NCBI RefSeq assembly: GCF_963921235.1
Contig: NC_086097.1
Coordinates: forward strand, 242,236,001 to 242,300,000
Direction: 5' to 3'
Length of the DNA stretch: 64,000 bases
Source of the DNA: Mobula hypostoma
Taxonomy: Eukaryota
Made by a program: the position numbers and the translations under genes. Positions within the stretch are counted from its first letter, which is position 1, and each line of letters starts with the position of its first letter. A model generated the notes under the pieces. It made no database searches. It was not told where the DNA came from and saw only the letters and a program-made list of their open reading frames with translations. Shown here one piece after another: positions 39,696 through 52,938 of this stretch.

Positions 39696-39838
39696 CCTTT
39701 TGACCAACAATAAGAGGAGGCCTATTAGTGGTTCAGAGATCAAAGCAATTTGAAGCATACAGTTGTAGTGAGGAATGATATACTTCATAGAAACATCCAA
39801 TAATCATCATGAATTAACATTTTCCTTGTCTTTTCCAG

Positions 39839-39944
39839 CCGGAATACAAAATAGTGGACCCTATATGCACCTTTATTTTCTCAGTGTTAGTGTTAGGAAC
39901 AACTATCAAAGTCCTGCGGGATATCTTGTTGGTGCTGATGGAAG
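39839..39944 (+). CDS. SLC30A8: ZnT8-like exon 6 (TM6)
   Basis: 106 nt between ttttccag and gtaatt. Encodes [35 protein letters not shown]. Confidence 0.95.
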
Positions 39945-40093
39945 GTAATTCTCAGTTCTACCATTTTCATTTTTGTTCAATTCGTTGTAGTAACAAGTTC
40001 AAATCTGAGCAACACGCACACACAAAATGCTGGAGGAACTTAGCAGCCCAGGCAGCAACGTTTACAGACCTTCCGCTCTCCTCCAACACTATG

Positions 40094-40770
40094 TGTTACG
40101 AACTGTAACGTTTTAGAAATAAACCAGCAGCAAGAGATTTCACACTGAGTCAGGTTTTAATGTTAAAACCACTATCTTTATTAACATCTACTTATAATAT
40201 CGTAACTTAACCAAGATAAACAAATGTTGACAGTGTTACGTGTATGTATGTGTGTAATATAGCTCCCAATCTAAGGTAAGCTTGGGGAAACAAAGCTTAG
40301 GGTCTTGAGATGGTAAAGTATGAAAGTTCAGTTCATCTGCGGAATGTATGATAGGAGAGAGATAATTGTAATCCAGGGTGAAACGTAGAGAAAATGTGGT
40401 TATGAAGTATTCCACAGATTCCACGATGGTAAAACAAGATAACAGTCACTGTAGATCTTGTCTGTCGTGTCGTCCAAATCCACACACGAATTATCACCGA
40501 AAGTGATCTGTCACAGGGATATCGTCTTTAAGGGATTACCACACAACATACCCAGGCAAGGGTTAACACATAAATGGTCTCAACAGGATATCCCAAAAAA
40601 TCCACTCCTTTGGATTATACGAAGTGACAGACACACGTTCTGTTATGCACTCCGTGCCGATGTTTAACCAACCCTTGTGGGCGTAAGAGAGTTCCAAGCC
40701 CCAGCTGTGACGAGCTGAAGCTACCGGCTTCCCGTGAGTGAGTGAGTGAGTGAGTGAGTGAGTCAGTCAG

Positions 40771-40805
<35 letters not shown>

Positions 40806-40951
40806 ACTGATTTCTGACCGCGACTGTCTGTGTACTTGTTTTAAAGTTAAACAAGCTGCAAGTCAGTCAGTGAACAACAACGTAGTCCCGCCTCACTTAG
40901 GCGCTCTTAAAATGACAGTCCACAGTAAATGAAACCTGTGGGTTCGTAACA
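40094..40951 (-). mobile_element. Solo LTR
   Basis: TGTTACGAAC...GTTCGTAACA termini; 4-bp TSD TATG; minus-strand AATAAA near 40180; internal (GAGT)n(CT)n(CA)n. Confidence 0.85.
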
Positions 40952-41283
40952 TATGTGTGTGTTGCTTTGTATTTCCAGCACCTGCAGATTGAGCTTAAAA
41001 TCCAAACTGGGGATGGTTTAAGGAGTTACCAAACATTTAAACTAAGGGTCTAAGGATTAAGATGACAATTAGATTCTTTTTCAGTAATTTGTCAGGCGAA
41101 CTCATTCAAACAAATCAGTAAATGGACCCAAGATGCAAACAAACGTGTATTTGGAGAGCAAAGGAACTGGAGAAAAGATTGAGGATCAATCAAATTACAA
41201 TGAACTTTTGAACTAAATTCTCTAAATCTCTTTCCTGTCTTTTTGGTTGATGAATATTTGAAACGTTGAATGGTCCTGTAGGC

Positions 41284-42250
41284 CAGTGGTCCCCAACCAC
41301 CGGGCGACGGACCGGTACCGGGCCGCAAAGAATGTGCTACCAGGCCGTGAGGAAATGATATGATTTGGCGATATGAGTCGGCTGCACCTTTCCTCATTCC
41401 CTGTCACGCCCACTGTTGAGCTTAAATGCATGCGAGGTTATTACCCACGTGCCATCCATGTCAGCGTGGGCTGAAACGTATGTTTGACATAACATCTCTG
41501 CCGGCATTCTGAATCAAAGTCAAGGCTGAATATCCTGAGATAGCCACGAAAACACTGAAAACGTTGCTTCCATTTCCAACATATCTCTGCATTGAATGCA
41601 ACGAAAACTAAATTGCGGAATAGACTGGACATAAGGAACCTCCTTCGAGTATCGCTGTCTCCTAGCACCCCTCGATGGGACCGTCTTGTTGCAGGGAAAC
41701 AAGCCCGGGGCTCCCACTGATTCAGCGATACTGGTGTGTTGCAATGATTTTATGTGTTCATACGGGGAAAATAGGTGCTGTGTGTTTAATATCCAAACGT
41801 TACTTAAAATGTTATGATGCTATTGACTTCTAAGTGACTTATATAACCATATAACCATATGATAATTACAGCACGGAAACAGGCCATCTCTGCCTTTCTA
41901 GTCCGTGCCGAACGCTACTCTCACCCAGTCCCACCGACCTGCACTCAGCCCATAACCCTCCATTCCTTTCCTGTCCATATACCTATCCAATTTTTCTTTA
42001 AATGATAATATCGAACCTGCCTGTACCACTTCTACTGGAAGTTCGTTCAACACTTACTTCAAGCTCCCCTGTCCTCCCCTGATAATTGACTTATCACTAT
42101 ATTCATGCGAGGAAAGTATGCGCTGTGTGTTTAATATTAAACTCATTAGATAAACCCTTATAGAAACGAAATTTAGTGTATTAGCCACTTATCACCTATG
42201 TTCCGGTCGTGATTAACACCCCCACCCCTGAGCAGAATTGGCAAAAATGA
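41284..42250 (+). mobile_element. Charlie/Buster-type hAT deletion derivative with nested CR1 tail
   Basis: Left TIR cagtggtccccaacc; transposase C-terminus EYPEIA.K.LK.LLPFPT...TKTKLRNRLD..LRVSLS...PRWDRLVAGKQARGSH*. Right TIR not found. Confidence 0.8.
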
Positions 42251-42671
42251 CTCTTCAGCAGGAAGGATGAAGGGTCTCCGCTTGAAACGTTGACTGTTCA
42301 CTCTTTTCCATAGATGCTGCCTAGGTTGCTGAGTTCCTCCAGCATTTTCTGCGTATTACTTTGATTTCCAGCATCTGCAGATTTTTCTCTTGTTTGTGAT
42401 ATTATTGGATTGGCCACCTCTTTGTTTTCACTAATTACATTACAGTGGAAAATTGGATGGGAAGTATTATTACAGAGCATTCTGTTCAGAATTCAATGAG
42501 GAATAAACTGTTCAAGTTTAACTTTAAATTGTCATTCAGCCATACATGAATACCCATGAATAGAGCCAAAAGAAATAGTGTTACTCCAGGGTCAAGGTGC
42601 AAAACACAGTACCAACAGTCGTGCACAGCACAAAGCACATATAGCGCACATAAAATAGCAGTAAAATAAAG

Positions 42672-42672
<1 letters not shown>

Positions 42673-42710
<38 letters not shown>
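42673..42710. repeat. (CT)n(CA)n microsatellite
   Basis: Direct reading of the sequence. Confidence 0.9.
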
Positions 42711-42714
<4 letters not shown>

Positions 42715-44559
42715 ATATATAGTTCAAGTCCCCGAGTCCATAAGTGTTGTAGCAGTCCTCAGTTGAACACAATTCAGCTTGCCTTCTGCTGAGCCGAACA
42801 CTGAGCAGCATCTCCAGCATGGACTCTGCACCACACCATCTCTGGCACTGTGGTGGAGTGCCCAATCCTGCCTCCCCCGGGTGGCTGCCAACAGGCAACA
42901 TATCGGCATTCGACCTGGCCCTCGCTACAGCCAGGGCCATGTAGCTCCCCCACCGTCATTCACCAATAAACCAATGAATTGGACTTGCAACCTTCCACAC
43001 CACCAATGCCCAAGCGGGTCCTGCGATCACAAGAAAGGTGACGAAGACGATCACTTGCTGTTAGACTACACACCTTCTCTGTGCACCAATGGCTCTCTGG
43101 CAGCATCATGGTCCGCACCAGTTCCGGCTCCAATAACACCTTTGGGTGACCCCACAGGAGCTGCTGCATTCAAGCACCATGTAATCTTAACAGAATGGGC
43201 ATCTTAAACTTTAATGATCCAGCATTTTGTGTGTGTTGCTCTAGAATTTCAGCATCTGTAGAATCTTTTGCATTTAAAATTCACACCTGAGACATTTTTA
43301 CGGAGCTATTTAGCATTTAAAATATTGGTTTAAGGATTAATTGATAGTTGTATTTTTTTTAGTAAATTGTCAGGTGAATTCATTCAATCAAATATATAAA
43401 TGTACTCAAGATACAAATTTGTACAGTATTTGGAGAAAGAAATGATTGGAGGAAAGCTTAACAGGATTAATCAGAATATAATGATCTTTTGTGCCTACGC
43501 GTATTTCCTGAATTTTCTAAACTATGTTTCTTGTGTCTTTGGTTAAGAAACAGTTGATTAGCTTTATTTATCACATGTACGCTGAAACACATTGAAATAC
43601 GTCCTTTGTGTCAAATTAAATCAGCGAAGATAGTGTTGGGACAGCTGTAGGTGTCACCACACTTCCGATGCTGATATGGCATAGCCACAAATCACTAATC
43701 CTAACTATGAATTTTCGGAACATGGGAGGAAACAGGAGCACCTAGGGGAAACCCACGTGATCACAGGGAAAATGTACTAACTCCTTTCAGAGAGTGGCAG
43801 ATTTGAGCCCCGATCAGTGATCACTGGCACAGTAAAACGATTGCACTAACCACTATACCACATACTGTATATGTAGGAGCATGGTGAAAGGTAATTCTGG
43901 ACTTCAGTGAGGCAGGAAACTGATCTCACAAACAAGAGAAAATCTGCAGGTGCTGGAAATCTGAGCAACACACACAAAATGCTGGAGGAACTTAGCAGGC
44001 CAGGCAACATCTACGGAAAAGGGTACAGTCCACGTTTCGGGCTGAAACCCTTCCGCAGGACTGGAGAGAAAAAGCTGAGGAGTAGATTTAAAAGGTGGGG
44101 GGGGGGAGGGAGAAACACAAGGTGATAGGTGTAACTGGGAGGAGGAGGGATGAAGTAAAGAGCGGGGAAGTTGATTGGTGAAAAAGGCAGAAGACCATGG
44201 AAGAAAGAAAAGGGAGGAGGAGCACCAGGGGAGGTGATGGATGGGCAAGGAGATGAGGAGAGAGAGGAAAAAGGGATGGGAACTGGTGAAGGGGGTTGGG
44301 GGGGGGATCATTACCTGAAGTTTGAGAAATCGATATTCATACCAGCAGGCAGGAAACTGATGTTATTAGATTGGCCTCCTCTCTGCTTTCACTGACTACA
44401 ATACAGTGGGATGTTTAATTGTTTAGTTCAGAATTGGATGGGGATTATAATGGGCACTTTAAACTTTAATGCTTCATTTCAGCTACCACGCATCAGAAGA
44501 GAGTTTTGGAAAAAGGCAGTTGGCAAGGGAAGGTAGCGTCTGCAATGATTTTTCTTGCC

Positions 44560-44990
44560 AGCTTCATTGTCCTGGATAGTTTGCTGTAGTTTTTGCATAC
44601 CGTGAGAGGATGCTGCACCAAACTAGATAGTAATAGCTGATATGCCAATGTGCTCTACGATGTCAGTGTGGAAATGCACCAGTATGTTCTGGGGAGGATG
44701 GGATTTTACCAACTGCCACAAGAAGTACATCCGCTGCTGAGCCTTTTCATTAATGAAGGAGATGTGCTTTTTCCGCATGAGTTTCTGTGAAATAATGACG
44801 CCCAGAAACCTGAACGTTGAAACAGGGCTAACTGTAGAGTTGTTGATGATGAATGGGTGCAGAGGAGACACATTCCTCCTGAATTCAAAATGCAACTTCA
44901 CAGTTTTTGAGGGCATTCAGCGCCAAGTTTACTTCATGCTATTACTTGGATCTGTCACTTCTGCTGATTAGTTGAATGACAGTGATGTAA
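44560..44990 (-). mobile_element. Rex1/Babar-type LINE fragment
   Basis: Peptide FRFLGVIISQ.L..KKHIS..NEKAQQRMYFL. Confidence 0.7.
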
Positions 44991-45199
44991 TTTAAAGGAT
45001 TTAAAGTACATTTATTATTAAAGTACAGATGCACTATACAACCCAAAGATTCATCTTCCCCACAGATAGCCATGAAACAAAGAAAACCATGGAACCTGTG
45101 GTCATTTGCGTGTTTGTGTATTAAATACTTTTATGTCATGTAGTATACGTTCAGATGATGAAAACATTTTAATCACAAATTTCTGTTGCCTTTAACTAG

Positions 45200-45334
45200 G
45201 TGCACCGATTGGATTGAATTATAATGCGGTGAAAGAAGAAATCCTGGCGGTGAATGGAGTGAGAACATTACACAGTCTTCACCTCTGGGCTCTGAGCATG
45301 AACCAGATTGTTCTCTCAGTTCATGTTGCTACAG
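45200..45334 (+). CDS. SLC30A8: ZnT8-like exon 7 (cytosolic domain)
   Basis: 135 nt between tttaactag and gtctgt. Encodes GAPIGLNYNAVKEEILAVNGVRTLHSLHLWALSMNQIVLSVHVAT, with ZnT8-type LNY..VKE.ILAV and MNQ..LS.HVAT. Confidence 0.95.
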
Positions 45335-45682
45335 GTCTGTATCATGCATTTCAATTCAGTGATTTGGCTTCATTCACTCAGCAGGACCTGCTGTCATTTC
45401 AGTCCAACTCACCTTCTTATCGATTTACTTAATCCCATCACCCCTGCTGGGGTATCAGCCACCAACAGCAGCTCTCCGGATTCCTCTGTCCTGAGCTGGT
45501 CGTTCAAGTTGTCCCCAGGTATGGCCCATCTTCTTGGGGTCAGCTTCAAGGTCGTGTCACCAGGTTTTCTTTGGCCAGCCTCTACAGAAGGTTGATCAAC
45601 TTTGAGGCTTTCACCACACGACTTCATAGATCTTGGTAAAGATTCTTCCTCTCCCAGGCATGAGGTCTTTGGAGTTTTTAGA

Positions 45683-45970
45683 TTAAAGTCTGTCACGAGC
45701 CTTGTGGCCCATCAGGCCGGTGCTTACGCCGGTTTCCGTGGCGTGAAGCGACTGAGAGTACGAGACTCCCCTCCGGATAGGACGCCAGTCTATCGCGAAG
45801 TTAACCCCCAGCATTTTTTTTTGCCGGTACCCATTCTCAGCTGGGTAGACTGGAGCATTGTGTGGTTAAGTACCTCGCTCAAGGACACACACACTGCCTC
45901 GGCCGAGGCCCGAACCCACGACCTTCAGATTGCTAGTCCAACGCCCTAACCACTTGGCCATGTGCCACAC
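45683..45970 (-). mobile_element. tRNA-derived CORE-like SINE, tail type C
   Basis: Same head and core as 36801 but with a tail containing aatgggtaccggc...ggggttaacttcgcgatagactggcgtcctatcc. Confidence 0.75.
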
Positions 45971-48900
45971 CACATAGCTCATATAGTTACGATATATTTC
46001 ACTTTTCACCCTAAACTATGACCTATAATTCTTGTCTCACCCAACCTGAGGGGGGAAAGCCAGCAAGCATTTACCCTTTCTATGCCACTCATGAGTGGAA
46101 CTTGGGTCTTCGTTAATAGTGTAAAATTCCTGACTGTGTCCCCACCCAAATCCGTCGTGAACTTCTGTTATAACTCTTTATCTGCATTGGACTGTAGCTC
46201 AACCAACTGCACAACTAATCACAATAGAATCAAACTCTCAACCACAATTACGTAGGTCATGTGCTGTGTTTAACCCAGACCAGGTAAAAGCCTCACATGT
46301 TCTATCCTGGGGATTGTTAATAAATTACACATGTTTTTGTGATAACTAGTGGTTTCATGGTTACCATTACTATGACTAGTATTTTCACCCATGATTTTGG
46401 AATCAGAATCAGGTTTAATATCACCCGTATATGGAGTGAAACTTTTTGTTGTGTGGCAGCAGTACTGTGTAATACATAACAATAAATACTGTAAATTACA
46501 ATAAGTATATATACATCTTAAAAAGTTAAATTCAATAAGTAGTGCAAAAAAAGTAGTGAGGCAGTGTTCATGGGTTCAATGTCTATTTAGAAATGTCCAT
46601 TTCCCTGCTGAGCTGAATTTAATTTCCCATTTGCTGTGATGGGATTTCAGTTTAGTAATCCATTCTTAACAATCATAAACACAAGAGATCCTGCAGATGC
46701 TGGAAATCCAGAGGAACGCACAAGAAATGCTGGAGGAACTCGGCAGGTTAGTCAGCATCTATGGAAATGAATAAACAGTCAAAGTTTCGGGCCAAGACGC
46801 TTCATCAGGACTGGAAAGGAAGGGGGAAGGCAAATGACCTGGGGAGTTCCTCCAGCATTTTGTGTGTGTTGCTCTAAACAGAGGTATCAGTGAAACGAGC
46901 AGCCAGACCCTGTCCCAGGGCCCAGTAACACCTATCACTAACCACCTTGTCCTCCTTCCCATTCCCCCAGCTTTTAATTCTGATGTCTTCCCCTTTCCTT
47001 TCCCGTCCTAAGGAAGGATCTAGGCTTAAAACATTGATCATTTATCCCTCTCCATAGATGCTGAGTTCCTCCAGCGTTTTGTGTGTGACATTCTTTACAA
47101 AACCACATCGTACTAGTAGTAGAAAACTCACCACAAAGTTGTCACTAAGAGGAAGCTCAGGACTTTTACATTTATCAGGTCTACAGATAGCTGTTACTAA
47201 CACGTTACATCCTCATACGGTGGACTTATCAAATTACTTAAATTTAGATTTGGATTTATTTATCACATGTATATCGAAACATACGGTGAAATGTGTCATT
47301 TGCATCAAGAACCAACATAACCCAGGTATGTACAGAGACAGTAAGAATAAAAAGTCATCTTAATCCATGTCCTTTCTGTCCACTCCCAACCTCACCATGT
47401 TTTATTTACTTAAAGATAAAGATTAAAAGATTTCCCACATGTACCTCGCAACATACAGTGACATGTGTCGTTTACACCCAGGGTGTGCAGGGAACAGCTT
47501 GCAAGTGTCACCATGCTTCTGGCGCCAACGTAGCATGCCCACAGCTTACTAACCCTAACCTGTAAGTCTTTGGACAGTGGGAGGAAACCAGAGCACCCGG
47601 AGGAAACCCATGGGGAGAACATATAAACACCACTCATTAAGGCAATATCTACACTGTTAGCCCTTCATGAGCACCATAAGACCATAATACCGTTGACTCT
47701 TCTGTTCCACTCAATCACAGCTGATTTAACATAGAACATAGAATAGTACAGCACAGTACAGGCCCTTCGGCCCATAGTGTTGTGCCGACCCTCAAACCCT
47801 GCCTCCCATATAAGCCCCCACCTTAAATTCCTCCATATACCTGTCTGGTAGTCTCTTAAACTTCACTAGTGTATCTGCCCCCACCACTGACTCAGGCAGT
47901 GCATTTCACGCACGAACCACTCTCTGAGTAAAAAATTATCCCTTTCAACCCCATTCTTCTGCCTTCTCACCATAACCTTGGATGTCCTTACTAATCAAGA
48001 ACCTATCAAGCTCCGCTTTAAACATATCCAGTGACTTGGCCTCCGCAGCCATCTGTGGCAATGAACTTCATAGACTCACCACCCTCTGGCTAAAGAAATT
48101 CTTCCTCATCTCTGTTCTAAAGGGATGTTCTTATATTCTGAGACTGTGCCTTCTGGTTCTAGACTCCCTCACTATAGGAATCATCCTCTCCACATCCACT
48201 CTATCTGGGCCTTTCAATATTCAGTAGGTTTCAATGAGATCCCCCTCTCATTCTTGTAAACTCCAGTGAGTACAGGCCCAGAGCCATCAAGGGCTCCTCA
48301 CATGTTAACATTTTCACTCCTGGAATCATTCTCGTGAACCTCCTCTGGACCCTCCCCAATACTAGCACATCTTTTCTTAGAAAACTGCTCATAATACTCC
48401 AAGCGTGATCTGTCCAATACTTCATAAAACCTCAGCATTACATCCTTGCATATTCTTCTAATCCTCTAGGAATGAATGCTAACATTGCACTTGCCTTCCT
48501 CACCACTGACTCAACCTGCAAGATAACACTCTCTGAATAAATGAATATTTGTTCTTTTTTTTATAGCAAACTTCAAATTGCGTGCAAAAATCCACACTTT
48601 TCACTTAGTTCCTCTGTCAGAGGTTTTGCACAACTTGTCCTGTCATGCAGCCGCCTATTCCTACAGCTTGTGACAGGATAATGTTGGTTAATGTTGACCC
48701 ACCACCCAGGCCATGCTCTCTTCTCACTGCTGCCATCAGGAAGGAGGCATAGGAGTCTCAAGTTCCACACCCATCAGGTTCACGAACAGTTCTCACCCCT
48801 CGATCATCAGGATCTTGAACCAGAGCGGACGTCTTCACTCACCTCAATAATGAACTGATTCCTCAATCTATGTAATCACTTTTAAGGACTCTACAACTTA

Positions 48901-51384
48901 TGTTCTTGATATATGTTGCTGATTTATTTATTATCATTACTATTTTTTGTATTTGCACAGCTTGCCGTTTGCACATTGGTTGTTTGTACATCCCAGTCAT
49001 GTGGAGCTTTGCATTGTGTTTCTGTGAATCCCTGCGAGAAAATGAATCTCAGGGTAGTATATGTACTTTAAATTTACTTTGTACTTTGAACATGAAAAGA
49101 CACTGGGAACCAATCTTATTCTGTCTGTAATTCTGTCATTCGGTAAGTTCAGATCTTTTTTTGTCAGGTGATGATTCCTCTCAGGCAGAGAAATCTCATT
49201 TGACATCAAAGGCAGGAGTGTGGGAGGAGATGTGGTGAGGTGCTGCCACTGACTATGTGGTGATGGCACTCTGCTTTGTGGCGTGTTTCAGACAAGTCTT
49301 CTGGTGTAAGGAACAGGTCGTTTTTAAAAGATTATTTCCCCAGGCAATTTAACCTGATCAACCATTCTAGTTAGCACCTCATGCCCCCCTCTATCTGTAA
49401 ACCCCACCCCCCCCGCCATCACTGCACTGTAGACACCTCAAACCACTTTTCATAATGTTGTTCATGTTGTATTCCATAGTCTCAGTCTGGAGGAGCAACG
49501 CCTTACATTCCATTTGAATAAGCACCGACCTGCACGAACATTGATTTCCTAACTTCTGATAATTTTTCCTCCTCCCACTTTCCTATTCTTCCATTCCCTA
49601 CTCTACCCTTCTCCTCACCTGTCTATTACCTCCCTCCGGTGCTCCTCCTCCTTCCCTTTCTTCGATGGTCCACTCTCCTCTCCTATCAGATTCCTTCTTC
49701 ATCTTCAGCTTTACCTTTTCCACCAGTCATCTCCCAGCATCTCACTTCATCCCCCACTCTCCCTCACCCACCTACCTTCCCCCTCACCCGGCTTTACCTA
49801 TCATCTTCCAGATTGTACCCATTCCCCACCCCCAAACTTCTTATTCTGGCTTCCTCACCTTTCCTTCCCAGTCCTGATGAAGGGTCTCGGCACAAAATGT
49901 CGACTGTTTCGAAAAGTGCTGCCTGACCTGCTTAGTCCCTCCAGCATTTTGTACGTGCTCCTCTCCATTTCCAGCATCTGCAGAATCTCTTATGTTTACT
50001 TTGTAAGTATATCATCATCATCACATGCTGTGTCGGATGACGTGGACGATCATGGTCTTGCGATTGACCGCAGTTGTTCTTGGCAAAGTTTTCTACAGAA
50101 GTGGTTTGCCGTTGCCTTCTTCTGGGCAGTGCCTTTACAAGGTGGGTGACCCCAGCCATTTTGATGCTCTTCGTTGCTGCATGGCATCAGTGGTCGCACA
50201 ACCAGGACTTGTGATCTGCACCGGCTGCTCATACCATCCACCACCTGCTCCCATGGCTTCACATGAGTGGGGGCACTAGGCAGGTGCTGCACCTTGCCCA
50301 AGGGTGACCTGCAGACGAGTGTAGTGAAGGAGTTCCTTACACTTTTTAGGAGAAAACGTATCTCCATCCCGCCTTCCAATTGTAAATACATGCTGATATT
50401 AGGTTATTCCACATCTGTACTTTAACCTCTAACTTTACTTTTTATATAGTTCTTGAATGTTGTTTCTTTTGTTGTATGTCGTGCCCTGACCAACACTCTA
50501 CAACAAACTCCTAATTCATGCAAGTCTACACCAAATGGGAATAGAGTTGATCCTTGGTGCTTGATGGTCCCATTCAGAAACATAACTAGGTGCTTGCTTA
50601 ACATCTTGGAGAATGTATGCAAGCAATTGTAATTGCCTGAAGCCTTTGCTGTTGTAGAAAACATGATGCTGTGTCTCTGCTTCCCAGGGATGATAGCAAA
50701 GGGGCTGAATTCAAACTGGTTTATATTAGAAAACATTATTGGGTGTGGGAGCAGTATTAGGCCATCTGGCCCATTGAGTCTGCTCTACCATTCTACCATG
50801 GTTGAGTTATTATCCCCTTCAACTCCATTGTCCTTCCTTCTTCCTGTAACCTTCAATTCCAGGAATACAATTGGACAGATCAAGCTCTGGTATTAACTAT
50901 CATCAACTGATCTCGGTTAGGAGATCCGCCACACAACTCTTAAATAATCAAATCTTGCACTTTATTGTCTCTGTGCCAATATCAGCTTAAGTATGTTGAC
51001 ACCCCCCCCCGCCACCCCAGCCAACAGCTTAAAACATGAATTCCACTGTTCCCTCTGTACCAATACTGACTCAGAGCACTTCTCCAATTTACAACACTGT
51101 TGGAGAGGATCTCCCGTTGGCCAAACAATTGACCCATCTTTTCCAGCCCCTGGCACGGGTGTCTTCCTTGCGATTGTATGCCTCAGGAGTTCTCTCTGCT
51201 TTGCATTCAAAGCCCCCCATTCTTGTACCCTTCCTTATCAATTTAAATGTTGTTTCGACCTTGTTGGCTCTGGACTATCTGACTAGCACGTCTCAGCTTA
51301 CCATTGGCTCTGGTCCAAACCAGTGTCTTATTGCACTTCTTGCAAGCGACAACCTGTAATTAATGCCTCTTTCCTCAGAATCAG

Positions 51385-52810
51385 AGCAGATCAACCAGTT
51401 ATCCACTGGATGTGCTGCCTCCCAGGTGCCAGGGTATGGGATGTCTTGGGTTGGGTTCAGAGTATTCTGGTGAACAGCCAGAAGTCTTGGTACACTTTGG
51501 TACCAATGACGTAGGTAGAAAAAAGGAGGAGGTTCTGAAGAGTTGGGTAGGAAGCTGAAAAGCAGGACCTCCAGGGTAATAATCTTAGGACTGGTGCCTG
51601 TGCCACGTGCTAACGAGCGCAAGAATAGCATGATCAGGCATATTAATGCATGGCTGAGAGACTGGTGTAGGGGGCAGGGCTTCAGATTCCTGGATCATTG
51701 CGGATCCTTCTGGGGGAGGTACGACCTGTACAAAAAGGACGGGTTGCACCTGAATGCAAAGGGGTCCCATATCCGAGCAGGCAGGTTTAATAGAGCTGTT
51801 AGGAAGGGTTTAAACTAGTTTGGTAGGTAGATGGGAACCCGGAGTGATAGGGCTGAGGAAGGGGAAAACAGAAATAAATCAAACATAGCGTGCAACAGAG
51901 ATGATAGAAAGGACAGGCAGGAGATAAGACCATAAGACATAGAAACATAGAAAATAGGTGCAGGAGTAGGCCATTCAGCCCTTCGAGCCTGCACCGCCAT
52001 TCAGTATGATCATGGCTGACCATCCAACTCAGAACCCTGTACCTGCCTTCTCTCCATACCCCCCGATCCCTTTAGCCACAAGGGCCATATCTAACTCCCT
52101 CTTAAATATAGCCAATGAACTGGCCTCAATATATAGGAGCAGAAATAGGCCACTTGGCCCATCAAGTCAACTCCACCATTCAATCATGGGCTGATCCAAT
52201 TCTTCCAGTCATCCCGACTCCCCTGCTTTCACCCCAAACCCTTTGATGTCCTGGCTAATCAAGAACCTATCTATCTCTGCCTTAAATACACCCAATTACT
52301 TGGCTTCCACAGCCCTCGTGACAACAAATTCCACAGATTTACCACCCTCTGACTAAAGTAATTTCTCCACATCTCAGTTCTAAAAGGATATCCTTCAACC
52401 CTAAAGTTGTGCCCTCTTGCCCTGGAATCATTTGACGCCTCTTTGCCCATTCCTCTGAAACTATCCAAGTCTCTCTGCAGGCTCTCTGTTCCCTCAACAC
52501 TACCCATTCCTCCACCTGTGATGAGGCATAATCACAGCCGGTGGGATGAGTTACAGGGCAATAGAGGCGTGGTGCAGTTAAAACAGAAAGCAACAAATAC
52601 TGGACTGAAGGCGTTGTATTTGAATGCACGCAGCATAGGAAATAAAATGGACGATCTTGAAATTCAGCTACAGATTGGCAAGTATGACTTTGTGGCCATC
52701 TCTGAAACTTGGCTAAAGGATGGCTGCCATTGGGAGCTGAACAACTAAGGATATATGGTGTATCGGAAAGATAGGTTAGTAGACAGAAGGGGTGCTATGG
52801 TCCTATGTAC
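51385..52810 (+). mobile_element. CR1 ORF1 (SGNH esterase) and ORF2 start, with nested CR1 tails at about 51925-52515
   Basis: CCLPGARV and INAWLRDWC..QGFRFLDH...W...DLYKKDGLHLN; then YLNARSI.NK..AISETWL. Confidence 0.85.
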
Positions 52811-52938
52811 ATCTTTAGTCAGAGGGTGGTAAATCTTTGGAATTTGTTGCCATGAGCAGCTGTGGAGGCCAAGTCACTGGGTGTATTTAAGGCAGAGATA
52901 GATAGGTTCTTGATTAACCAGGGCATCAAAGGGTATGG

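Noticed and set aside
41084..41182. Cryptic coding exon in the intron 6 duplication
   Set aside because: The two copies differ by a frameshift, both hit early stops, and the peptides do not resemble ZnT sequence.
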